Assembly (NCBI GenBank): GCA_000165425.1
Contig: CT868030.1
Coordinates: 558,001-622,000 of the forward strand
Length of the DNA stretch: 64,000 nucleotides
Direction of reading: 5' to 3'
From: Paramecium tetraurelia
Taxonomy: Eukaryota
Shown: positions 1 to 13,179 of the stretch, piece after piece
Position numbering within the stretch: the first letter of the stretch is position 1
How the letters are laid out: the number at the start of each line of letters is the position of its first letter
Made by a program: the position numbers and the translations under genes
The notes under the pieces: model-generated
Database searches by the model: none
What the model saw: only the letters and a program-made list of their open reading frames with translations
Told to the model about the DNA's origin: nothing

Positions 1-655
1 AAAAATAGTACAATTTAAAAAAGGCAGGAAATGAACACTTTTTAATAAAAATTATTGATTACATCTTGAAGACCAAGTAGATTGAATCAATTTCAGATTT
101 ATTTTGATTACAACTCCATTATCTATTTTATGTATTTACGTTTTTTCTTGAATAAAACAAACTTCTATAATTAAATTCGTTGATTAACTAATCATTAAAT
201 TTTTGCTATTCGTTTCTCTCCGGAATACTTCTAGCTTTTCCGAGGAAGGAAGGTGATTACGTAATTTCAATAATTATGAAAAATTAGTATAAATAAAATT
301 TATAATTTGTAAATGGAATGTTGGTTTGAAATTACCAATAGGTAATTGACGAAAACCATAAGAAAGTAGATAAAATAGGAGTATAAATAGTAATATATTA
401 AAATAAATGAAAAATTGGTTGATTCCGAGGCTTAGGAATAATGAGAGAAATGTTTTAAATCTCTTTTTTGTAATTGGTAAGTTTTTATGCCAAATATTGG
501 AATGGGAATGTGATAAATCGTAAGATAGATTAATGATTGCAAAAAATGCTGATGTAATAGCAGAATTATTGACATGATTGTGTAAGCATCAAATAAAATA
601 TTCAGAGTTATTATGAATATTTATAGAGAGATGATTTTGATATTATTAAAAATTA

Positions 656-1547
656 ATGATTCCTAAAGTTGTTGGTTATGCAGCATTTTAATCGTATGGA
701 GATCTGCCATACCCATCTCTTAAAGCTGGCAAAAGGACATTAGACTCTAATGAAGTATGGGAGCAAAGTAAGTTTGATTACCACATTAACTTAGCTGTTA
801 GAAATGAAGACAAAGAGAGCTTTTATAAGAATTCCAACTATCATTATTCAAACAAATAAGTTTCACTTGATTCTACTGTATAACCTCCGCATTATAAGAA
901 TGTATATAAGGCCAATAAAGTAAGGAAATAATCCTCTATATTATTTATAGGCACAATTGGAGAGTGCAACTTCTAGCAATTTTTTCTAAAAAACAGGGAA
1001 TTCAGCAATAACTCCAGAGAATCCTCTACTCAAGACTGGTTGTGAACATTGGAAATCTACATATTAAGCATCGATTGTGGATCCATATGCAAAAAATAGA
1101 GCAATCCCTCCTGAATGGAGTTAAAATAGACCTCCATATGTGGTGGAAACGTATATTGTATAGAAAATTATGATAGGAAAGTTGGACCATCTGAATATAA
1201 GAAATAATATGGGTAAATAGGAGAGAATCCAAGAGAGAGATTAAATTAATTAGATGAAACTCATCCAAGAACATTTGATGAATTGAGACTAGGAACTTCA
1301 TAAGAAGCATAGCATGTGCCTGGATATACAGGATTCATACCCTCAATTATTACTAATTCAAAAGCTATTGAACATGGAAGTGGAACTGAACCAAGAACAG
1401 ATTTCATGAAAACTAATTTAAAAGAGAATTAGTATAATAATTCATTATAATAATAGTCATACTAAAATACCAGGATATGCTGGACATGTTCCAAGATCTG
1501 TAGTCAATCAAAGAGACTAGCCAAGATAATCCTGTTTTAGCAATTGA
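656..1547 (+). CDS. PGYxG(F/H)xP-repeat protein, FAM166/CIMIP-like putative ciliary microtubule inner protein
   Basis: Code-6 ORF MIPKVVGYAAF...CFSN* with short GT..AG introns. Repeated motifs HVPGYTGFIP and KIPGYAGHVP. Confidence 0.6.
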
Positions 1548-1825
1548 TACAGATTCATTTATTATTAATAATTAATATATTTTATATAATAGATGTGGGT
1601 GTTTCCAATGTTCTCTATTCACTTTAGAATGATAATCTATAAATATATGAATTAAATTAACTCAATTCTCAAATGTGCTTAGTTATCTTGTTTTTTATGA
1701 ATTATAAAACTTCACTTAAGATGGACAAAGTCTTAACACATACTTAAAAATGAAATAAATTATTTTTAATCCTTGACTAATGAAAGAATTAGTATATAAA
1801 TTATTTCGATTTTGTAAAAATATTA

Positions 1826-3828
1826 ATGGATTTAGATATAGCCATCGAGGCAAGAGAGAAAGTACGTAATCCCACAATCAAATTGAATAAGAAATTAGCA
1901 ATAGCTATTGCAGTATATATATTTACTTAATAAAGACACTTACCAAATCTGAAAAGAAGCCATTCGATCAATTAGTCACTTAGGAACCTTCAAATAAATT
2001 AATAGCAGTTCATTTCGGAGTAGGTGATCAAGATGATTATGACACCATCTGTAATTATGTTAAATAGTTCGGTCAAAACAAAATAATGATATACCCTGTA
2101 AGAAATTATGCATTTATTGAATTCCAAAACATCCAATAGAGTTTATAATTAATCCAAGTATGAGTTATTTGCCACTTAGTCTTTACAAATTTTCGAGAAT
2201 ATCAAGTTTGCAAATCTAAAGTACCAAAATAAAGAGAGAGCCACAATGTTTTTTTATACAAATGAATAAGAATTGATTGGAGGAGGCATGTGTGATATAC
2301 CAAATGCTATGCGACAAATCAATATCCCAGGACTGTATTTGATACACGACTTCATAACACCAGAATATGAAAAATATATTTTGGATTTAATCGATAAGCA
2401 AGAATGGTCCAAACTGAAATAAAGGAGAGTTCAACATTATGGCTATGAATTCATTTATGGAGATAATACAGTCAATGTCAATTAGCCTGCAGACAAACAT
2501 ATTCCAGCCTTTCTTGAAGATGTCAGAGCCAAAGTTTCTGATTTAATAAAACCATAAGCAGAAATAAATCAACTTACAATTAATGAGTATTTACCAGGAA
2601 TGGGTATTCCCCCTCATTTCGATGTTCATCCTCCATTCCATGAGAAATTCGTGACAATTAGTTTACTTAGTGGTTTAGTAATGTCATTTAAATCCTTCAA
2701 AGGAGAAGAACATCATTTATATCTACCTCCTAGATCTTGTGCATTATTCACAGGAGAAGTGAGATATGCTTGGTTCCACTCAATTGCAGCAAGGAAAATC
2801 GATAAAGTAGAAGGTGAAACTCACTTTAGATCTAAAAGATTGAGTTTGACATTTAGAACCATCAGAAATGATTTGAAATGTGATTGTGAATATTAATTCT
2901 TTTGTGAATCTTAGGGGTACAATCCATTGACCATGAAGAGCAAAAATCCATTACTCCAAGAATACCTAGCAAAATTGAATTAAATTGGAATTATATAAGA
3001 CAATAAAGTTGTTCCCAACAAAACTCAAGAAGAAATTTAATTACTTGAAGAATAACAATAATAATTACTCTAAATTCCTAAAGCCACTGAAGTCGAAAAG
3101 AAATATGTCTATGAGATTTACGAAAAAATTGCACCACATTTTAGTTCAACTCGTTATAAGCCATGGCCTAAAATAGAACAATTTCTCAAATCATTAGAAC
3201 CAGGATCCCTTGTTGCTGATGTGGGATGTGGAAATGGCAAATATTTGGGTTCAAATCCAGATATTGAAATAATTGGTACCGATAGAAGTGAAAATCTATT
3301 GAAAATCTGCAAAGAAAAATCAGATGCTTATTAAGTATTTAGTGCAGATTCATTGAGATTACCCTTAAAATCTGAAATGTTCGATGCAGTCATCTCAATT
3401 GCAGTCATTCATCATTTCTCCAATAAGTAATAATTATCTTATTAACTCTGTAGAATTCTTAGACAACAAGCTATCAAAGAGTTGTTAAGGATTTGTAAAT
3501 CCAAAGGTCTAGTTTTAATCTATGTTTGGGCTATGGAACAAGAGGAGAAGACTTTCAATGAGTAAGATGTTTTTGTGCCTTGGAATTTACAATTTAAATA
3601 TGAGGATGAAAAAGTCATCAATTAGGAAGGTATATTAATTAATTATAATCGGTAGTGTAATAATAATTTAAAATTGATGATTAAAAAAAAACAGTTGTTT
3701 ATAAACGATATTATCATGTATTTAAATAAGGTGAGATCGAAGAACTATTATCAGAAATGCCAGGCTTTAAGATAGTAAATAATTATTATGACCATGCCAA
3801 TTGGGTAGTTATCTTATAAAAAGATTGA
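1826..3828 (+). CDS. ALKBH8: ALKBH8-like tRNA wobble-uridine methyltransferase / 2OG-Fe(II) dioxygenase
   Basis: RRM-like N-terminus; AlkB motifs GIPPHFD, WFHSI, RLSLTFR; Cys cluster CDCEYQFFC; SAM motif DVGCGNGKY; C-terminus YYDHANWVVILQKD*. Confidence 0.93.
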
Positions 3829-3870
3829 AAATAACATATTCATTTTAATATTATTATTAATAAATATTAA

Positions 3871-4197
3871 ATGGCTTAATAAAATAGTCAACTCCATCTT
3901 AGATATTGGAGTTCTAGTGATTGGGATTTTAAGAAAAAGAAAGAACTTCAACATCAAATGCTAGTTACAAGGTAGAGATTCTTTGAATCTATGAGACCAT
4001 AAGAAGTAAAACGGATTAATACTACTAATTTTCATCAATATGTTATCGATATTAGAGAATATTATGAAAAAAGAAATCAGCAGCTTATATCAAGTAAAAA
4101 ATATAGTAGAAGCACGAAATCCTTAAAAAATATATTTAGTAATAACAATCTAATGCATAAATTTAAATCGTAACCATTCTTTCCAGATATTAATTGA
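3871..4197 (+). CDS. hypothetical protein (108 aa)
   Basis: Intronless code-6 ORF MAQQNSQLHLRYWSSSDWDF...FFPDIN*. Confidence 0.65.
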
Positions 4198-4849
4198 TTT
4201 GTATTATCATCAACATCTTATATATATCTATCATAGTGATGCCTATTTCTTGCTTGATTTATTTTCAGAGATTCTTGGCTAATTTCCAATAAATTCTTAC
4301 TGAAAATTAATAATTTTAGAATAGAATGGATTCCCAATCAACTATCAAATCTTATAAACCTTGAAAAAATACATTTATATTTCGCTTCTATTTTCGTGAC
4401 TTCAAAACAACAATCAGTAATCAAATTCATCTCAACTTTAATCTTTCGATTTGTTCACTTCAATTTTGTCTTTCTTTAACACATATCTTGATGTTATATA
4501 ACCTTTTTTGTTCTCATGCTTGATCATAGAAAAGAAGAACATTCTTCAATTAATCATTATTATTAATGAACTAGAATTTTATTATTATAGTAGCCTATAA
4601 ATAAAAGAGAATTTTGATTGATTTAATATAAAGATCTCTCATTTTATGACTAATATTTTATATTATTGATTTTTAATTATTTATAATAGTGAGAATTATA
4701 GGATTTTATAATATGTTTAGAATATTAAAGAATTTCAATAATTGTCTTAAAATAATTTTATGAATCCACAAATAATATAAATAAGTTTAATTAGTTAGTA
4801 CTCATAGAAAATAATTTTTAGTTAATATAAACTTATTTATTCATAGATT

Positions 4850-5032
4850 TTAAACTAGAGGCGACAGGCCAAAGCCAGTAATTAAATTATCTGGAGCTTT
4901 TACTTATTTAGAGATAGATTCTAAATAGTTAGGATTTGCGAATGTAATAATTGGCAGATTATTATTTTATGAATATTATATTATATTTCTCTAATACAAA
5001 ATATAAATCAAAGGGTCGTATTTCTAGTTTAA
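4850..5032. other. candidate structured element (terminal inverted repeat enclosing three hairpins)
   Basis: TTAAACTAGA (4850-4859) is the exact reverse complement of TCTAGTTTAA (5023-5032), extended by GCGAC/GTCGT. Internal stems at 4871-4900, 4905-4927 and 4933-4960. Confidence 0.25.
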
Positions 5033-6117
5033 GTAAGGGTATATTAGATTGGGATTTTTTTGAGGGATTCATTAATTTAATAGAAACTATGAATAAGAAT
5101 AGGAAAAGCGTTTTAGAAGTCGTCATTTAGAAATAAGGTCTCTAATACAGTAATAAGTTGTTAGAATTAGGGTATAATTCTATTGAGGAATTATGAATCA
5201 GTATATAACCATTCTTCATCCTCAATGGTAGAAATTCTGTATATGTTTTTTTCTTTCATTATTTTCTTCAAGTTATACTAGATGAGTATTTTAATATTTG
5301 TGCGAATCATATAGAGTAGATTGATATGATCCTGGGTTTATTTTTCCAAGAGATCTAGATTGCCCAGAAGATCTAACAAAATATTTAGTTTATGGTATTG
5401 CTCGAGTAATAGTTTGCCATTCGAGTGTGGTTCTTCAGACTTCTGTTTCTAATTGATAGGTATATCATTAGTGTCAAGCCTCGCTTTTTATGAATTACAC
5501 AAACCCATTAATAAGTAGCAAAGAAAGATAAATAGTGAGTTAATTTAAAATGTTTTCTAATTGGAAATTGCTTTATAGGTTTAATATGCAATAAAAACAT
5601 ATCTAGGAATCTAAAAAATTCCGATCGCTAATATAGAAAAGAGAATCATTACTAGGATTTATATATTAGTTAAAGGATAGCCAATCAGAAAAATAGTAAA
5701 ACTTTCTATCGTTTTACATCAACTGAAAATAAGTGATTTTTTAAAGTTTTCGAAAAAAGATTGACTTAGTTGTACTAACAGTTCAAATTCTCTTTACGAA
5801 CACATCACTCTTGATTTAATCCTAAAGTTGGATGAATTTGATTTACAATTAAATTACAGGCTACAATCAAAAATTTGATCAATAAACAATATTGATCCTC
5901 TGTCTACTGACAACCTAATCAAGCTAAAATTGCTAGAACCTATAATTTAGGCTGTACACATGAAAAGTAGGCAATTTGAGAAGAACCAGTATATATTTCT
6001 GTTTCGAAATATCAGGGGAACCAATCAATTTAAATTTTAAGTGATGTTGAATACTCAGTAGTAATAATTTATTAAGTATGCAATTATAATTAATGTAGAA
6101 ATGTAATTATATTAATG

Positions 6118-7377
6118 TCATTCATTTTCTTTAAAGATATCATTTTCCCAAATTCCTTACACCTCTATATTTTTACTAGTTAACTTTCCTTTGCCATTCT
6201 TTTTGCCTTTCTTCCATTATCCATCATATATTGTCTTTTCTTCATCTAAATAGTATCCCCAACCTTCATATAAGCCATCTACAAATTGACCTAACTTTAG
6301 TTTAGTTAATTACCTTTGTAATAACTTTTGTTTGGCCAAAACATCTCACCTTAACCATTGAACTAAGAATTCTTAAATTGACCAACATATTTTTTACCAC
6401 TGGGAAACTAAAATGTTCCATGTCCATTAAATTTATCCAATGCAAATTCCCCTTCATACTTTATTCTTTATTAATTATCTTCAAATACTCCTTTTCCATG
6501 CATCCTTCCTTTAATAAAATCCCCTTCGTAATTAATAGTAGTTTTTTTTAATACTCCTTTTCCATTTGGGATCGATTTCGAGCATTCTCCTTAATAGTAT
6601 ACATCTTATGTCTACAATATCATTTTTTTTTCTATTTCATCCTTGTCCCAAAATCCGGACTATTATAATCATTAATCAGTATACTTTTAGAGTGTCTTCA
6701 GTTATGCTTCTTCCCCATCCTTTCCTTATCCCATCTTAAAAACTGCCTTCAAATAGTTCATTTTTTAATAAATGAATTCCATAACCATGCATTTTTCCAT
6801 TCTTCATAAATCCCTCATATTTTGAACCATCAGGTAGATCTGCTACATCTACCTTTATTGATTCTAAATCTTCAAATTTTTCGGGAGGTTGATATTACCC
6901 AAATTATCCCAACCTGTTTTTTAGCCAAGGGTCATAAAACTCTTAGATACTAAACAATGCTCTTTAATTATGCTATGTATTTTCTTAATTAAAAACTGGG
7001 GCTGGACCAAAAAGTTGACTTCCTTTAGGTTCCCAATTATTAGTCTAATTTTACTCGTTATTTTTAATATCATCTTCCTTTTATACTTGCTATTCTTAAA
7101 TATTATGGGAACCTTATTATGTAGAATAATATTTACTTCCGTGAGATTGTACTAAATTGTTATTTTGAGAATCCTTCTAATTAGATTGATTTGAACTATT
7201 GCCTCCTTGATCTGGAATTGTATTAATTCTTCTGAAACTAATTAAACATCATAATTACACATCCTTTTGGGTAATAAAACTATACTAGTTCGATCTGTCA
7301 GTCTATACTTAACTCTCCTCTTTTTTTATTTGAAAATCTTGCTACTCATTCTATCTTGAAGCTACTTTACTTCCCAT
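6118..7377 (-). CDS. MORN-repeat protein
   Basis: Starts MGSKVAS. Multiple YxGx(F/W)xxGxxxGxG repeats (e.g. PDGSKYEGFMKNGKMHGYG). Ends GIWENDIFKENE*. Confidence 0.9.
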
Positions 7378-8644
7378 TAGAGTATTATGAAAAATATACA
7401 AATAATAATTAGATTAAAATAGATAATCATGAAGTTAATAATTATTGAAAATGGTCACGTCCAAAAGTCTTTCATTTTATTTCTTAAACATAAGCTTAAT
7501 CTTTCATAACTATCTTCATTCATAATGCATTAAACAATCTATAATATTGAATTCTTAATTAGGAAATCATAGTATGTATATATAGATTATAATATCAACT
7601 AAATAAATAAATAAATTATTGATTTAAATTACTAATTGGATCTATAATTACTTTTTTTCCTTAACGATTATAATTAAGACTTCATTCTTTTTGTAAATTC
7701 TAATCTATAAAAAGTATTTTTAACTAGAATATTATTTTGATTAATGTAAATTTAAGTAAGCCAACTTTAGATATATTGTATTCATTTATTCTTATGAACA
7801 TGATAGCATTCGATAAAATATCAGAGTTCTCAAAGGTTTTTGAAATCTTAAGCCTAGTCTCATATTATTCTATCATAATTTACAATCAAATTATTAATAT
7901 TTTAAGATGACGAAAGTGTAGACTAAATTCATGAAATATTGTAAATATAAATTTATAATCTATTTATAATAATTAAGATTATGTATTTTATGAGTTTCAA
8001 GGCTATATAATATCATAAAATAAAAATAAGATCTAAAAGTGAATCCCATGACTATAAATTATTATTATTTTTAATTTGGCAATAAAAATACTTTAACTAT
8101 CTTAAATTAGTTTAAATTAATTCATTTGTATTAATTATCAATATAGATATACCTATTTATTTATGGTATAATAATCAAAAAATGTTTCTAATTTCATATA
8201 ATAATAGAGAATTGAAAGGAAATACCAACTTTGCTTATCAATTAAAATAGAATTATTTGGAATTAGAGTATTTTTATAAATAGAATAAGGATTGTAATCA
8301 ATAAAAATCATAAATAATATTATTTAAGTTTTTTACAATTATATTAAAGCACAGCAAAGAAAAGATTAGAGATTCTGATGGCTAGTGATAAGAATAATCC
8401 AATAATTTTTGTTTCAATATAAAACACATCAAATTTCATTATTATCTATTACAATTTATAAGTTATATCTATCATATCATTTAAATTTTTAATTATTCCT
8501 TATTAAAAAACTTAAGATCTATGTTGCTTGGATTTCTATAGAACAGTTTTTTTACCTTTTTTAATAACATGTTTGAATAACTATTTAAGGAATAGAGTTA
8601 CATAATACGATTTATTAATATTATTTAAAAATAATAATAAGGCG

Positions 8645-9863
8645 ATGGGAGCTACTTGTTGTTCAGGAACACCACAAACTTAGGAGATTAATTCAACAGC
8701 CCCTGCTAAACTTGAGGCCACAGTTGAAGAAAATGATCATACGGGAACAGCCAAGCCAGGGGAGGTTCAAAATTAATACTAGGAGAAAGAGCCAATAAAA
8801 GAGGAATCCTAACAAGTTTAGGTTGAAGACCCTCCATAAAGTGCAAATCCCCCAGATGATGTACAATAATTCAATATATTAAGGCTTAAAGAGAAAAATA
8901 AAGGTAACAGATTTCATCACATGGTCCAAACCCTGAAGATGCTAAACCATATGACAAAGATCCATTTATTGAAAATGAGTAGGTTCGTAAAACACTTGAA
9001 AAACTCGGAAATTATCATTACGATGATGCATCCTTATTGCACTTCCACGATTGTATTGAGTTAGGACCATATGTAAAAATCAAATGATGACTCTAGCAAT
9101 TTGAGAATGGAGCCATATATGTGGGTTAATGGAAAAACCACTAAAGATGGGGCAAAGGCAAGCAGTATTGGCCTGACGGATCAGTTTATGAAGGATTTTG
9201 GAGTTCCCATACAGCGAATGGGAAGGGAAGATTAATTCATGCAGATGGAGATGCCTATGTAATCATATGATTAATTGTTAGGATGGAGATTGGGTAGATG
9301 ACAGAGCATAGGGCCAAGGAACTTATTTTCATGTTGATGGTGCCAAATACGAGGGAGATTGGTTGGAAGATTAATAGCATGGAAAAGGAACTGAAATGTG
9401 GCCAGATGGTGCCTAATATATTGGAAGTTACGTAAATGGAAAGAAAGATGGAAAAGGTAAATTTAAATGGAGTGACGGAGCAACTTATGAAGGCGACTTT
9501 AGAGACAACAATATTGAAGGTATTTTCACTTTATTTACTATCAAAAACAGGTTTTGGAGAATATGTTTGGGCTGATGGCAGAAAATATAAAGGTTAATGG
9601 TAAAATAATAAAATGCATGGCAAAGGAGACTTTAACTGGCCTGATGGAAAGTAATATAGTGGTAATAGATAAAACTATTTTAAGGGGATTATGTTGAAGA
9701 TAAAAAGGAAGGATACGGAATTTTTAAATGGTCTGATGGCAAATAATATAAAGGATATTGGAAGGATGGAAAATAACATGGAAGAGGAATATTGGTCGAT
9801 AGAGAAGCCAGAGAAGTTGAAGCTGAATGGGTCGAAGGAAGAAGAGTCAGATCAGATAATTGA
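8645..9863 (+). CDS. MORN-repeat protein with N-terminal myristoylation/palmitoylation motif
   Basis: MGATCCSG start; about nine MORN repeats ([39 protein letters not shown]); several short introns. Confidence 0.93.
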
Positions 9864-10186
9864 ATTATCACAAAATATTAAGATGAATACTGTATAGATT
9901 TATAATTTGATAATAAATCTATGTATTTTCTTTTCTTTGTTGAATCTAAGTTTGATGATGTCATTTTGCTTAGTCAGTATTATGTTTGGGAGGCTGTCCT
10001 TCGATTTTGTCAATCATATTATTTTTTAAATAAAACTATATGTTTCATAGAACTTATCATCACATAGGTATTTAGTTAAATCATATCATTAAAATATCAA
10101 TAGCTATTTCATAAACTGTATACGACGTGTTAGTTGCTTATCACTCTATCACTTTATGAAAAATTTTATTATTTTAATTTTAAATA

Positions 10187-11181
10187 ATGTTTAATAAAAC
10201 TAAGAAATTCCTAACATTAATATACCAACCGATAAGACATCCCTTTAAGACATTTTAGAGATCATTTGATATAGAATAAGAATGGTCAAATGTAAAATTA
10301 GTCTTGAGACCTCATAAAGGAAAAATAATGACACTTTTCGCTTTAATTACTTATCCTATATATAAGGATATGTTTCAAACAATTAGAAATTCATTTGTTT
10401 CGACAGTTTAGAGTGAACTGGGACCTGGTTAACCATTTGAAGTCTTTATTAACAGTTTTGTTAAAGTAAACTTGTTTTGATCAATAGACTGAAGTTTAAA
10501 CGATTCTTAAAGATCCTGTTGTTTAGCAGGAATCAGTAGATTTTGTGTAAAGATTGGGAAAGCAGCAATAAGTTTAAGACAGCATTGTTACATTATTAAA
10601 ATAATCTATACAAGATCCTTCATTTTTAGAGGATTCAAAAGTTTTTGGAAAGAAGTTAGTGTTGGATTTGGTACAAGATAAATCAATTTAAGATTAAACT
10701 CAAAAATTAATAATACAAGTAATAAATGATCCAATATTCAAATATGAAGTGAAAGAATTTTGTAAATCCTTATCATAAGAACCTGAAATAAATTAAGCGT
10801 AAATTTTACTTATATATGAGAGTTGCGGAAATCTTAAAAAATGCAGGTATGGACCCAAGCTTTAGGGCTGCTTTTGCAAATGCATTCGCATATGCTTTCA
10901 ATGATGTATTAATGAGAAAAGACACCACTGACAAATTAAGAATGTTTTTATTATTCTTAATTGAGACTGAAAAGTCTTAAGAGTAAGGAATAAAGGGATT
11001 CTTAGACATGATTATAGACAAATTATTAAAAAAGTATTGAATTATCCAATTTAGAAAAACAATGATAAGCAAAGAAAATGAATTTGATTCACTTTTGGAA
11101 AAACTCTTGGGAAAAGAAAAATTGAAAAATTTAGCTGAAGAACATAAGTTTTAAGGACAACAACATTCAGATGTGTATTGA
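10187..11181 (+). CDS. hypothetical protein, possibly mitochondrial with one hydrophobic segment
   Basis: Spliced code-6 ORF MFNKTKKFLTLIYQPIRHPFKTF...QHSDVY*. Basic N-terminus lacking acidic residues; segment IMTLFALITYPIY. Confidence 0.7.
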
Positions 11182-12231
11182 ATACTTGAGTAATCATAAA
11201 ATAATCATTGATTTTAAAATGGAATTCCATATCGTCATCTTCAATTAATGAATTCTGATATTTTAACATTTTCTTTTCTAAATATTAAGTTGTATCATTT
11301 GTAAATCTCCTTTCTTTAATCTTTAATCTGTAAGAATATTATAAATGTAACATTATTTATTATTTCAAAGAAATTAATATTGAAGTCATAATTAATGAAT
11401 TATATAATTTTATTGATGTTAAAATTTTACATACTAATGTATATTAAAAACAGGTGATCACGTTTAAATAGTAATTCTGGTAGTATTAAAAATCAGTAAG
11501 TTGTTTTCTGCTTTTATATTCTTCTATTAGATTTATTGATCACCTGTTATTAATATTAAATTTAATAATTATATTTTCTAAATGAATTATTTTTAAATTC
11601 ATTAAGTGTTTAAAATAATCTAATTAGATTAATTAGGTAGAATTAAATAGCATGTGATTTCACAAATATCTTGAAATTATTCTTATACACTTAATCTTAT
11701 TTGAAATTATTTCATGTCTAAGCCCTTCATTATTTCAGCATGTAATTTGGATAATTATGCTATAAATATTGCTTAATTTGATTTCATTTATGAATTCTAA
11801 CTGTTAAATAATTATTTTATTTTTTGTCCCTTTTTCTCATTAAATAAGTAATTCGAATTTAAGGTATTTTTTTTATTTTATTTATTCCTACAAAAATTTG
11901 GTAAAATTTTGATTATAAAAATCATAAATGTTTCGTAGACATATAATGGTGGAGTAGAAGATAATATTATTTGAAATTAAAAGCACAACTGTTTTTGTTA
12001 AATATTTAAATTATTTGTTGTTTTAATTTATAAAAGTAAAGATTCAAACCATTTTGAATCTTCAATTTTAAGATAAATCTTAGATGCCAATTTATTGAAT
12101 TCATTAGACTTGTTTAATCAGATGTTGGTAACCCAAAAACCTCAATTTAATTATTTTGTATTAATTAATTGATATTTAATAATTTAATATTTTGATAAAT
12201 CAATGCTCATGATATACAAACTAGCTTATCA

Positions 12232-13023
12232 TCAAATAATCATTTTTGTTCTTCGAAATATATGTTTTTTAGTAACTTCCTAAGCTTCCTAAACTTCCTC
12301 TTTAATTTCTGGTCTTTAGGTATATGAAAGTGGTTTAGAATTTTCTGATAATTAATCTTTGCTAACCTGCCCATTGTTTATATCAATCACAACTATAGAT
12401 TTACGAAATGAGACTGCTTTTTTATGATGGGGAGGTTACTGTAAAGTGTTTTGTTTGCTTGTGTAGTCAGGGATTGGTAGATGGTTTTGTTGTGGTTGTT
12501 CGATTTCTTTTGGGATTGTGTAGTTGGAGAGTTGGGTTGAAGATTCTTAGTTTGCAACAAGAGCCCCTAATTTTGCAAAAGAAGAGCTAAATCCTTTGGA
12601 ATCTAGTGGATTACCATATGAGTTGTAATTTTTATTTTTTGGTGTGGAATAGGTAGCAACTTTTTCTGAACGTTCTTCAATTTGAGGCAAGAACTACTGA
12701 GACTGACGATGTTCTTTTATATATAGTTTTTATTTTTTTAGTTTTCTGACTGTATTTTTTACATATAAGAAATTATCTTCTGCATCTTATTCAGTTTAGG
12801 TTTTTCTAAAAACAGGACTTACAGCCTGACTCTTAGGTAGAGATTATTTTATTATTTGATAATCAGTAATCTATCTTTTCTATGGGGAGATGAATGGAAG
12901 ATGAAAATCTGCTTCATTTAAAAAAAGAGAAGGCCTAATGGTTCGAGCACTTAAAAACTAAGTTGGAGCTGGTTGGAGAAGATGCTCTCCCATATTGATT
13001 TCAGAAGTGATTTTATGTAGCAT
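12232..13023 (-). CDS. hypothetical low-complexity protein with RVxF-type motif (KKAVSF)
   Basis: 792-nt intronless ORF MLHKITSEIN...RPSLFLNE...KKAVSFRKSIVVID...FRRTKMII*. Confidence 0.75.
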
Positions 13024-13179
13024 TTGAAATTTCTGTATATAAAAATTAATATTTAATAGTCAAATTGAACATAGGTGATGGTTATGAAAGTTAGAAATCC
13101 AAATCATGGGCAATACAAGAATATTTAATATTGATTTATTATATTAATTTATAGATTTATTTATATAATCAAAAAAATA

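Noticed and set aside
1026..1310. Standard-code ORF on the minus strand (similarly 9689-9871, 11051-11269, 12408-12590, 13343-13537, 54288-54684, 62615-62974)
   Set aside because: These are antisense shadows of real genes on the opposite strand; their apparent hydrophobicity comes from complementing K/E/Q-rich codons.
4230..4545. Possible small minus-strand gene (MFFFSMIKHENKK...)
   Set aside because: I could not build a stop-free spliced model with convincing introns; it may be real or decayed but is unsupported.
12938..12950. GGTTCGA T-loop-like motif (also near 50383)
   Set aside because: No cloverleaf or A-box context, and the first lies within a CDS; not tRNA.
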